A DNA stretch of 64,000 nucleotides from Thermodesulfovibrionia bacterium (GTDB taxonomy: Bacteria > Nitrospirota > Thermodesulfovibrionia > UBA6902): positions 12,050 through 76,049 of the forward strand of contig JBCKZY010000001.1 in assembly GCA_038918635.1 (NCBI GenBank). Reading direction: 5' to 3'. Numbering within the stretch: the first letter of the stretch is position 1; the number at the start of each line of letters is the position of its first letter. A program made the position numbers and the translations under genes. Of this stretch, positions 29,074 through 37,730 are shown piece by piece. Below the pieces are notes generated by a model, which saw only the letters and a program-made list of their open reading frames with translations, was not told the origin of the DNA and searched no databases.

Positions 29074-29739
29074 ATGGATATAAGGGAATTAGGCAATTAT
29101 TTTAATGAACTGTTAACCATGGAGAAATTAATCGAAGCTTTTTCTACAAAAAAGAAAGCTTATATTAAAACAGAATCATTGAAAGGTATACCTGAATCTG
29201 ACCTCGATTCAACTCAATTTGATAGAATTATTGATAGTCGCTATAATGATCATGAGAAAGTTGCAACATCATTTATAGAAGCATTAGATGCTATTACAAA
29301 TTGCCCCCTTGTTGTTCAGCCAAAAGTTCAAGAAGGAGAGACATACACTATATCGATTATACCAACAGAAAAAGGGCATCCTTATTTAAGTGAATATCAA
29401 CGTGATAAGGACATTGCAATCCTATTGACTTACCTTGGATTAGTTGCTAACAACTCATCAAATGATAGTGGATGGAGTGAAGAACAATTAGCTCACTTCG
29501 ATTTAGTTAATTTATATAAAACTCAATGCTTAGCAACAAGGATAAATGAATTTTACATTCATTTAAATCCTAAAGATGAAACAGATAGGATATATCTGCC
29601 TGGCAATGGATTTGTAACTGACGAAAAGAAGAATAAACTCCTAACTAAAGAATTCTATGAAAGAGCCATTGCAACCCTTACGAAATTGGAAAAATTAGTT
29701 GCGCCTAGATTGGAATTAACAATATATCCTATTGATTAG
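29074..29739 (+). CDS. Hypothetical protein (orphan), opposite strand, in an AT-rich insert inside the lipid cluster
   Basis: 221-aa ORF with no motif I recognise. The local sequence 28680-29870 is visibly much more AT-rich than the flanking KS genes. Confidence 0.5.
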   Translation: MDIRELGNYFNELLTMEKLIEAFSTKKKAYIKTESLKGIPESDLDSTQFDRIIDSRYNDHEKVATSFIEALDAITNCPLVVQPKVQEGETYTISIIPTEKGHPYLSEYQRDKDIAILLTYLGLVANNSSNDSGWSEEQLAHFDLVNLYKTQCLATRINEFYIHLNPKDETDRIYLPGNGFVTDEKKNKLLTKEFYERAIATLTKLEKLVAPRLELTIYPID

Positions 29740-29879
29740 ATAAGATTTGGGGTCAGCCGTTCGTATTATGGACGGCCCTTTTGTTATTACTGTTTCAACC
29801 AATAATCATCAACATCCCAATGCTCCAAAATTGATGAGTAGTAGGTGTATTCACAATTGGCGGGGCAATCCTTAAAACC

Positions 29880-31176
29880 TTATTCCTCAAACGCCCCTAA
29901 ACAGAGGCACGCGTTTTGTCCGCCGAATCCAAAGGAGTTTGAGATGGCCCTGCGGTGAGCCTGCTGCCTTGCTTCATTCGGAACGTAATCAAGCCTGCAC
30001 TTCGGGTCGCGGAACTCATAATTGATGGTTGGGAGTATGAGAGAACTGTTTATTCCCACAAGGGTCAGGATCGCCTCAATAGCGCCTGTCGCGGCTATGG
30101 TATGTCCGAGCATCGACTTGTTTGAGCTGACGGGAATCTCCTTTGCCCTCTCTCCAAAGACCTCCTTAATGGCGTATGTTTCCCCGATGTCATTCTGAGT
30201 GGTTGATGTGCCGTGAGCGTTGATATAGTCTATATCATCCGGTAAAAGCGATGCATCTTCCAGCGCCCCGCGCATGGCAAAGATAGCCCCCCCTGCCTTT
30301 CGGATGCGTATCGGTAATCCTGTAGGCATCCGCTGACGCGCCATATCCCAGAAGCTCTCCGAGGATCGGCACTCCCCGTGACCGGGCATGTTCCAGCTCC
30401 TCCAGTACCATTGCTCCCGCCCCCTCTGACATGACAAACCCGTTTCTCTTGCGGTCAAAGGGCCTTGACGCCTCCTGAGGAGTGCTGTATTTTTCGCAAA
30501 GCGCGCGTATCAGGACAAACCCGACAAAGCCGGTAAAATTCAGGTCGGCCTCACAGCCGCCGGCAATCATTACATCACTCCTGCCTTCCTGTATCATTCT
30601 TTGCGCCTCCCCGATCGCCTGCGCGCCCGCGGCACAGGCAGATACGATGGAAGTATTAACTCCCTTGCAGTTGAAGAGTATTGAGAGAATGGCCATGGCG
30701 GCGTCAGGTTTTCTGCGGAAGAAGTTCAGGTAGGAATACCCCCCGGCCTTCATCAGCCCCCTGATATCCCAGTTGCCTCTGCCGTCAAAAAACCGGTGAG
30801 CAAACATCATGTCCTCTACAGAAGGGGTATCACCATGAGAACCGAGTGAAACGCCGATCCTCTCACGGTCTTCTACTTCATCAAGCCTGGCCTGCCCGGC
30901 CGCCTCAAGGGTAGCGATCCTCATCAGCCTGAGGGCCCGGGATGACACCTTATCAAACCGGTGAGCGGTATTGTCTTCAATATCTTCCAGCCATCTGTCA
31001 TCAATCTCTCCACCGATTCGACACGGCAGGCCGGTTGTGTCAAATGACTTTATATAATCTATTCCGGACTCTCCTTTACTGGCTTTCTCAAAGGTCTCCT
31101 CCGTGTTCTTCCCAAGCGGGGTGACCATCCCGTACCCTGTAATGACCACCCTGCGTTTATTTGAACTGTCTGTCAT
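29880..31176 (-). pseudogene. Beta-ketoacyl-ACP synthase, FabF-like (Cys-His-His), interrupted by a frameshift in a C7/G7 homopolymer
   Basis: ORFs 30235-31176 and 29880-30458 are the N- and C-terminal parts of one KS (SACAAGAQAIG; [11 protein letters not shown]; [11 protein letters not shown]). The frames switch at 30287-30293. Removing one base gives [20 protein letters not shown]. Confidence 0.8.
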
Positions 31177-31269
31177 AGCATCCTGTCACTTTGAATTATT
31201 AGTGAAGCTCTCCACCTACAAGGCGGGGATTCAAAAGAATATTTCATTAATGATTATTCAATTTGTATT

Positions 31270-31328
31270 CCCCTCTTTAGCAAAGACCCGTTGCTCCGCC
31301 CCGAGGCGAGGGGGGCAGGGGAGATTTT
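31270..31328 (+). repeat. 58-bp conserved repeat core, within a ~270-bp composite element (31190-31460) homologous to 55240-55545
   Basis: Shared flanking modules: ...ctacaaggcgg..., the core, then aatcccc..tt.gaaaaggggg, then cttttcatc.ccgtttacaaaacggggtatt.aagtt. Confidence 0.8.
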
Positions 31329-31822
31329 TATAAAGGAATTATTCATAAAATCCCCCTCAATCCCCCTTTTCCAAAGGGGGGAGAACAATAAGGAAAACTT
31401 TTCATCCCCGTTTACAAAACGGGGTATTCAAGTTCTTTATTCATAAAATTAGACACAAATTATACGATTCTTGCTACTCTTTCCTTTATTCTGTCATTCC
31501 CCGACGGAGTCGGGGAATGACACTAGTTGTAGGATATGTGAAGCGGTTGAAAGAATAGATTTCGACACCTTAAGAGCGGCATTATCTAGCCTGTCCCGCC
31601 TGTCCCGATTCTTCGGGGATACTTCGGGGCTTGTAGAACATTCACCTCTAAGGTGATTAAATACTTACCCGCTTCGCCGAATCGAGGCGAGCAGGCGCAA
31701 TCGGACAAATCCCATCGAGTTATCTATTCTTGTCCGCCACATTATGTATAATGTGGCGAGATCTCGCCTTAGGCGGAAAAGCGCTTTGCATAACCACATT
31801 GCTAATTAATCACTAAATTGGA

Positions 31823-32386
31823 TTAAAATATCTTCTTCTCTTCCTGTACCTTTGTGAGCCATTCCTTGATAAGATCATCACCATTCATAAAGACGGCATT
31901 TTCTCCACATGATCCGCATTTAACACGCACACCATCCTCGGATTTCCATTCCGATTTTCCACAGTGTGAACACTGCTCGGGAAGGCTGTCAAGGACGTCC
32001 ATCACCCCCGCTGACATTGACCCTGCTGTTACGAACGAAGGGATTTCGTCCATATCCATCCCTGCGCTTAATCCTGCAAGGTTCTCCCCCAGCCTCTCTT
32101 TTAAAAGTACGATCGCCTTCTCTGTCAACCTACCATCTTCATCGATCGCAGAGCCTTCACCGAACATCTCCTCAACATGCTCAAGGACAAAATGTCGCGC
32201 CATCTTGATCCCGAAGGCCTGTTCAAGCCTGTAGTTTATATCCAGAAAGTCCAGGGATTCAGCTCCCAGGTCACCTATTAAAGAACTTTCTTTCTTTATT
32301 GCGTCCTCATCGACCCTTAGTGTCTCAATAATTGCCTTCTTAAGTTCATCAAAGACCTTCTCTTCAGTAATAAGATTCTGCTTCAT
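31823..32386 (-). CDS. Acyl carrier protein fused to a C-terminal extension ending in a CxxC...CxxC zinc-ribbon-like motif
   Basis: DLGAESLDFLDINYRLEQAFG (phosphopantetheine Ser context), then about 120 extra residues ending in CSHCG-x14-CGSCG. AAGGGGG RBS before the ATG at 32386; the track's upstream start at 32449 lies in a repeat. Confidence 0.7.
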   Translation of the reverse strand: MKQNLITEEKVFDELKKAIIETLRVDEDAIKKESSLIGDLGAESLDFLDINYRLEQAFGIKMARHFVLEHVEEMFGEGSAIDEDGRLTEKAIVLLKERLGENLAGLSAGMDMDEIPSFVTAGSMSAGVMDVLDSLPEQCSHCGKSEWKSEDGVRVKCGSCGENAVFMNGDDLIKEWLTKVQEEKKIF

Positions 32387-32667
32387 AATGCCCCCTTTAT
32401 TTATAATTTTGCCACTGACCCGCTTCGCCGAAGCGAGGCGAGCTTTCACAGACTAAAAAATAAAATATAAATAAGAAAAGCCTGTTTTCTCTTTTGTTCT
32501 GTTTTAAGTCTTAACTTTATTTAAGTCTGTGTAAATCTGTACACGATGCATAAAGCAGAGTGACTAAGTGTTTGTTGTTTTCTTATGTTTTTGTCTCTAC
32601 GTTAAAAGTCTGTGTGAATCTGTGGCAAATTATCTTTTATTTTGTCTTCATTCGTGTAAATTCGTGG
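32387..32667 (-). repeat. Composite hairpin element (cacagactt word family), same orientation as transcription; homologous to 46211-46385
   Basis: It shares what looks by eye like an identical ~75-nt core (cacagacttaaataaagttaagacttaaaacagaacaaaagagaaaacaggcttttcttatttatatttt) flanked by inverted gccacaga..cacagact words. The 3' arm is interrupted by a 27-bp mini-palindrome. Confidence 0.8.
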
Positions 32668-33447
32668 CTAAATCCCCTTAGGAGGACGGTAAAGCCTGTT
32701 GCTAAGGCCCCTGTCCACCACGATGGTCTGACCGCGAATCCCCCTGCTAGCCTCACTGCACAAAAACAGTACAGCATCGGCTATCTCATCAGTATCAACT
32801 ATAAGCTCTTCAGGTATCTGTTCAATCTCTTCCATATGCTGTCTTAAAACCTTAAAGGAGTCTGTCTTAACAATACCGCCGCAAACCCCGTTAACTGATA
32901 CACCCTTTTCGCCCAAGCTCTCCGCGCAGTCCCTTACAACAGCCTCCATCGCCGCCTTCATACTGCCCAGAGGATAGGAGGGGTTGTAAAAACGGCTCCC
33001 AAGGCTTGAAATAAATACAATACTGCCTTTGCTCTTCTGAAGAAGCGGAAGCGCCTCCTGAATACAGAAGATATTTCCAAAGAAGTTGGTCTCAACCAGC
33101 TGTCTGAGCTCGCGCTCAAGGAGCCTCTCAATTGATTTAAAAGGCGCTTTTGCGGCGTTTAAGATAAGGAAGTCTAAACCGCCGCACTTCTCTTCTGTCT
33201 CTTTCAGCAGGCCTTTAACCTCTCCCTTAATCGATATGTCCGCCTGCACCAGAAAGGCGCGGCTCCCTGCATCCTGCATCTCCCTGCATAACCCTTCTCC
33301 TCTTTCCCGGGACCGGCCCCCGGCCGTTCTGTTGTTAATAACAACATCCGCTCCGGATAGGGAAAATCTTCTGGCAATGGCGGCGCCGATACCGCGCGTA
33401 CCGCCTGTTACAAGAGCAACCTTATTACTGAAAGGACGATTCTGCAT
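32668..33447 (-). CDS. SDR-family oxidoreductase, FabL-like (candidate enoyl-ACP reductase)
   Basis: TGGTRGIGAAIA, NAAKAPF, ISSLGSRFYNPSYPLGSMKAAMEA and VNGVCGGIVKTD resemble B. subtilis FabL (ISSLGS...Y...SKAALEA, VNAVSGGAIDTD) as I recall it. KR versus ER cannot be settled by eye. Confidence 0.55.
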   Translation of the reverse strand: MQNRPFSNKVALVTGGTRGIGAAIARRFSLSGADVVINNRTAGGRSRERGEGLCREMQDAGSRAFLVQADISIKGEVKGLLKETEEKCGGLDFLILNAAKAPFKSIERLLERELRQLVETNFFGNIFCIQEALPLLQKSKGSIVFISSLGSRFYNPSYPLGSMKAAMEAVVRDCAESLGEKGVSVNGVCGGIVKTDSFKVLRQHMEEIEQIPEELIVDTDEIADAVLFLCSEASRGIRGQTIVVDRGLSNRLYRPPKGI

Positions 33448-33626
33448 AGCAGGTTATTTTATTAAAATACTATGACTTAAGTAAACCTCGTGATAAATAA
33501 AAAAATAGTTACAAAGGCACAAAGTAGCAAAGGCACAAAGTATAAAATCAGGATATAAAACTTTTCTTGTTTTTCTGTTAACCTTTGTGCCTATGTCCCT
33601 TTGTCACTTTGAACCTGAGCAGTTAT

Positions 33627-34442
33627 CTATTCATCTATGTAAAGATCAAGGAGTTTCTCAAACCTCTCTCCAAATTTCTCTTTAAGCAGAGGGTTAAATC
33701 GTTTGGCAATCTTCATGAAGTATATATCATGACGTATATAGTCCTCTGCCAGCATGACTAATCCCTCATTCATGCTCCAGATAGCCTCCACCTCTTCAGG
33801 CCCGTCAATTTTGCCGGTCAAAACCTCTTTTGAGTCAGCTATGAGTGTAAAACCTCTTGTATCCCTCTCGGTGTAGATCGTCTCTTCAACGGGGTGCCTG
33901 TAAAGGCTGGTGATCTTTATATTTGTTGCCCCGTAATGCACCACCGCAACTTTTGTTCCCCTCTGCTCTGCATCAAGCAGGATTTCTGAAAGGGCATTCA
34001 TCTCTTTTTTCCATATCATAATAAGGATAGTCTCCCGGGCGGTATCGATCATCCTCCTGCCCCTCAGTATAAAACTGCTGTAATCTTTAATACGCCAGGT
34101 ATAGCTCGTATCAAGACCGGTCTTAACTCCCTTCAGCTCTGCTTCCACCGCCTGCAGGTTATCATTCATGGATGATCTGAAACCCTTTATAAGCTCCTCA
34201 GGGGATACAGGGATAAACATCTTCGAACGCTCGCCGTGAATGGACTGTACTATCTCTTTTGATATGAGTTTATTGATAACCTCATAGATCTTTGAGGTCG
34301 GAATTCCGGAATTTTTCGCTATTTCATAAGCACTTGCGGGATTTTCTTTCAAGAGTGCCGTGTAGGCTTTTGCCTCATATTCGGTCAGTCCCAGCCTGGT
34401 TAGCTTTGAAATTGCCGTCTGCATCCACCTATTAACTACCAT
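33627..34442 (-). CDS. TrmB-family transcriptional regulator
   Basis: N-terminal wHTH LGLTEYEAKAYTALLKENPASAYEIAKNSGIPTSKIYEVINKL. 271 aa. Confidence 0.75.
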   Translation of the reverse strand: MVVNRWMQTAISKLTRLGLTEYEAKAYTALLKENPASAYEIAKNSGIPTSKIYEVINKLISKEIVQSIHGERSKMFIPVSPEELIKGFRSSMNDNLQAVEAELKGVKTGLDTSYTWRIKDYSSFILRGRRMIDTARETILIMIWKKEMNALSEILLDAEQRGTKVAVVHYGATNIKITSLYRHPVEETIYTERDTRGFTLIADSKEVLTGKIDGPEEVEAIWSMNEGLVMLAEDYIRHDIYFMKIAKRFNPLLKEKFGERFEKLLDLYIDE

Positions 34443-34526
34443 AGTAGTTAATAAATGTCAAGACCTGCTAATCTAAACTTAGCGCCCTTAGGGCGGACTT
34501 TCTTAATGTCACTCTGCGGTCTCCGT

Positions 34527-34570
34527 GTCATTCCGGCCTGTCCCGAAGTATCGGGACAGGCCGGAATGAC
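34527..34570. repeat. Perfect 20-bp-stem palindrome gtcattccggcctgtcccga-agta-tcgggacaggccggaatgac
   Basis: Read directly. A minimal member of the gtcattcc family. Confidence 0.85.
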
Positions 34571-34822
34571 AGCATACAAAAGTTCTTTACCTCAACTTAA
34601 CCGCCTTCGGCGAGACTTTTTAAACAGGTCGGAATCGACTCGTATCGAGATATACAAGATCTTCAGGATACAATAATAAGAAATATCTTGTTAATCATGT
34701 TAATCCTGTCAGAAAAATAGAAATTCCTATGCTATCGGGGTAAACCCCCTTATGATCATAGAAATAAAAATCCTTCTGAGAGAACGGTTTTGATATGGAG
34801 GTTAGAGTGAAGAGATTTCCTG

Positions 34823-35458
34823 TTATGGACGGGTTGAAGCGGTATACCTGCTGATAAGTTCCCTTATAGCGTTTCCTATAAGAGTAAATTCCCGGGTATC
34901 AAGCCATTCCTTTTTGAATATGCTCCCGCCAAAGGCAACCGCCGAAGCACCGCTTGAGAAGAACGATCCTATGCTGTCTGATGTAATACCCCCGCACGCA
35001 AGGAGTTTAACATCCCCAAACGGTCCCCTTATCTCCTTAAAGTAGTCAGGGCCGAAGAACTTCGCGGGAAACACCTTCACCATCGTAGCGCCTGCAGACC
35101 AGGCATTATATATTTCCTGCGGGGTGAAGGCGCCGGGAAAGACAGGGATAGAGTGAGTAGCGCAATACTCAACAACATCAGGTATCATTACCGGCATGAC
35201 GATAAAAGAGGCGCCCGCATCGAGTGCGGAACGAAGATCATCCATGCTCAGAACAGTTCCGGCGCCGATAGTCAGACGGTTATCCGCGGCCCCTGCCATC
35301 TTCCGTATCAGGGACGAGGCATCATCTGTATTCATGGTGATCTCTACAGTCTTCAGGCCGGAAGATACTATAGTTTCAGTAAGGGGTTCTATCGCGTCAG
35401 CCCCTATTCCACGCAGAATTCCCAGGATTGGCAATTCATTAAAACGGTCTACATCCAT
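34823..35458 (-). CDS. eda: KDPG/KHG aldolase (Eda family)
   Basis: ILGILRGI, LKTVEITMNT, GAGTVL, FIVMP, PGAFTPQEI, GATMVKVFPA. Confidence 0.8.
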   Translation of the reverse strand: MDVDRFNELPILGILRGIGADAIEPLTETIVSSGLKTVEITMNTDDASSLIRKMAGAADNRLTIGAGTVLSMDDLRSALDAGASFIVMPVMIPDVVEYCATHSIPVFPGAFTPQEIYNAWSAGATMVKVFPAKFFGPDYFKEIRGPFGDVKLLACGGITSDSIGSFFSSGASAVAFGGSIFKKEWLDTREFTLIGNAIRELISRYTASTRP

Positions 35459-35464
35459 AAGAAA

Positions 35465-36412
35465 CTAGCCTATATCCAAAAGGCTATTATAAAAATCTTT
35501 GTAATTCTCCTTCTCTTCGCTGTCACGTAGCGCCATTGCAGCCTTTGGGTGAACGTTCAACATTCCGGAAACTGCATAAGGGATGATATATCCCCATTCA
35601 ATCTTCTCTCTTAGAGGTATAAACTCTTTGGATATCAGATCGAGAATCGGGCGTATATCATACTTGGGGTTCTTAAGAAAACCCAGAAGCAATTCGAGGG
35701 GGCAATTTCCCGCACCGCGGCCGATTCCAAATACCGTTGCATCAAGGTAATTTGCGTCGTGAATAATCGCCTCTATAGTGTTGCTGAACGCAAGCTGCTG
35801 CGGATTATGCCCGTGAAAACCGATCCCTTTTGTCTTAACAATAGATTTGAACCTCTTCACAAGGTCTTCGATGTTTTCCTGATACAATGCCCCGAAACTA
35901 TCAACTATGTTAACGACATCAACCTTGGCCTCTCCCTCTATCTGATGAAGCGCCTCGTCCAGTTCAGGGCCTCTGTCGCGCGATATAGCCATTATGTTGA
36001 TAGCCGTCTCGTAGCCTTTTTCAGCAAAATGGTTTGTCATATATATAGCCTTGTCTATGTCCTTGACATAAGAGGCGGTCCTTATCACATCCACAGGACT
36101 CTCATCAGCCGGCTTTACATCGTCCAGATTTACCCGCCCCACATCAACCATAACGGAAATTTTGGTCTTGGACTCTATACCTTCAATGACCCGCCTTATA
36201 TCGTCATCGTCACAGAACTTCCATGGGCCATAATCCTCGGGAGAAAAAAACTTCCTGGAATTCTTATACCCTATCTCAATATAATCCACTCCTGCTTCTG
36301 ATATCGCCCTGTATACCTCGCGCACAAGCCGATGGTCGAAATCATGCTTGTTGATCAGACCTCCATCTCTAATTGTACAATCCAGCACCTTAATCTCTTC
36401 CCTGAACATCAT
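35465..36412 (-). CDS. HMGL-like (DRE-TIM metallolyase / pyruvate carboxyltransferase domain) aldolase
   Basis: VLDCTIRDGG...GVDYIEIGY at the N-terminus, and HGHNPQQLAFSNT later on. Confidence 0.6.
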   Translation of the reverse strand: MMFREEIKVLDCTIRDGGLINKHDFDHRLVREVYRAISEAGVDYIEIGYKNSRKFFSPEDYGPWKFCDDDDIRRVIEGIESKTKISVMVDVGRVNLDDVKPADESPVDVIRTASYVKDIDKAIYMTNHFAEKGYETAINIMAISRDRGPELDEALHQIEGEAKVDVVNIVDSFGALYQENIEDLVKRFKSIVKTKGIGFHGHNPQQLAFSNTIEAIIHDANYLDATVFGIGRGAGNCPLELLLGFLKNPKYDIRPILDLISKEFIPLREKIEWGYIIPYAVSGMLNVHPKAAMALRDSEEKENYKDFYNSLLDIG

Positions 36413-36499
36413 TCCTCCTATTTTGCTCTTCAGATGATATAATTTGAACTATAATTTTAATTAAATGCTGTCTGTATTGTAAAGGATTACTTTTTATTC

Positions 36500-36817
36500 A
36501 TGCGAAAGAAGCCCTCTGAACCTCCGGTTCCTGCTGAAAGGCAGGAGACCGTCAGACAGGAGATCACAAGTCTTCTTGAAGGAGAAACACTCTCTGCAAA
36601 AGAGATGTCTTCAATCGTAAGGGCCTCTGAAAAAGAAGTATATGACCACCTCGGGCATATACAGAAGAACCGGGCGGTTAAACTCCGTACGGTCCCGGCT
36701 GAATGCAGGAAGTGCGGGTTTGTATTCAGAAAACGCCAGAGACTAAAAAAACCGGGGAAGTGCCCGGTATGTAAAGGTGAACTGATAAAAGAACCGTTAT
36801 TCTCAATAAAGATGTGA
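36500..36817 (+). CDS. Small HTH + zinc-ribbon transcriptional regulator (COG3357-like)
   Basis: TVRQEITSLLEGETLSAKEMSSIV... then CRKCG-x17-CPVCKG. Confidence 0.6.
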   Translation: MRKKPSEPPVPAERQETVRQEITSLLEGETLSAKEMSSIVRASEKEVYDHLGHIQKNRAVKLRTVPAECRKCGFVFRKRQRLKKPGKCPVCKGELIKEPLFSIKM

Positions 36818-36926
36818 TCCGTAAATGGTTGGCACAAAGTGAAAAATAAGGTTAATAAATATTTCTTGTATTTCTGTTACTTTGTGCCTTTGTGCCTATG
36901 ACACTTTGCCCCTGTGTAGTTACCTT

Positions 36927-37730
36927 TTAAACCCTCCCCTGCTTAAGTTTTTCATCTACAAACTTTTTTAATGACAAAACCACACCGGTTATCTCCTCTG
37001 CCGCGGGCAGATGCTCTATAATCCTGTCCATATAACCTTTTTTCAGTAATAGCAGGTAAGATGCCTTATAATGCAGGGCATAAGTCCAGGACAGGTTCAT
37101 CAGTTTGAAATCATTCAATGTCCTGAGCATGGAATAAGAGACCTTCTCTTTATTATAAAGCCGTTCAAGAATCTCCTTCGAATATTCAGGCATATCCGGT
37201 AATCCAAAGGCCGTGGCAGAGGCCCTCTGCTCTTGAGGGCTTTCGTAGTACTCTATAAAGACACGTAAAATATCAAGCTTGTCCGCGTCACGGATCAGTT
37301 TAACAAAAAAAATTAAATTCTCATCTTCCAGTCGGGGTATCTTAAAAACATTGTGAAACTTTACTGACTGGACTATCAGGTGCCGCTCTTCTCCGGTCAG
37401 TTCCTGCAGGACCTTCTCCTTAAGAAGTGTCTCCGAACCAAGGAGGCCGTGATTAACCGATTTACTATCCTCAAATGTCCTGTATTGCTCATATTGCGGG
37501 AACCTGCCGATGTCATGAAAGAGCGCTATCGCCTCAGCCAGCATCACTCTCTCCTCAGTCAGAGAAAGTGCTTTTCCAATATCAGTGATATTTGCGCGCA
37601 CATTGTGAGTATGCTCTATCTTAAGTCTTAAGTTCTTATTATGCCCCTCATCAGACGAAAAAAAAGAGCTCGTGAAGTCAGAAAACCAGTCTGTAAGTGT
37701 GGTCAGATCATTTTCAGTCATTTCCGTCAT
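36927..37730 (-). CDS. HD-domain phosphohydrolase family protein
   Basis: H...ALFHDIGRF HD motif. 267 aa. Confidence 0.7.
   Translation of the reverse strand: MTEMTENDLTTLTDWFSDFTSSFFSSDEGHNKNLRLKIEHTHNVRANITDIGKALSLTEERVMLAEAIALFHDIGRFPQYEQYRTFEDSKSVNHGLLGSETLLKEKVLQELTGEERHLIVQSVKFHNVFKIPRLEDENLIFFVKLIRDADKLDILRVFIEYYESPQEQRASATAFGLPDMPEYSKEILERLYNKEKVSYSMLRTLNDFKLMNLSWTYALHYKASYLLLLKKGYMDRIIEHLPAAEEITGVVLSLKKFVDEKLKQGRV

Noticed and set aside
29751-29790. Rho-independent terminator after the orphan gene 29074-29739
   Set aside because: Only a 5-bp inner stem (gccgt/acggc) with a bulged outer GGG/CCC pairing and a short T-run. This is too weak to annotate as a feature.
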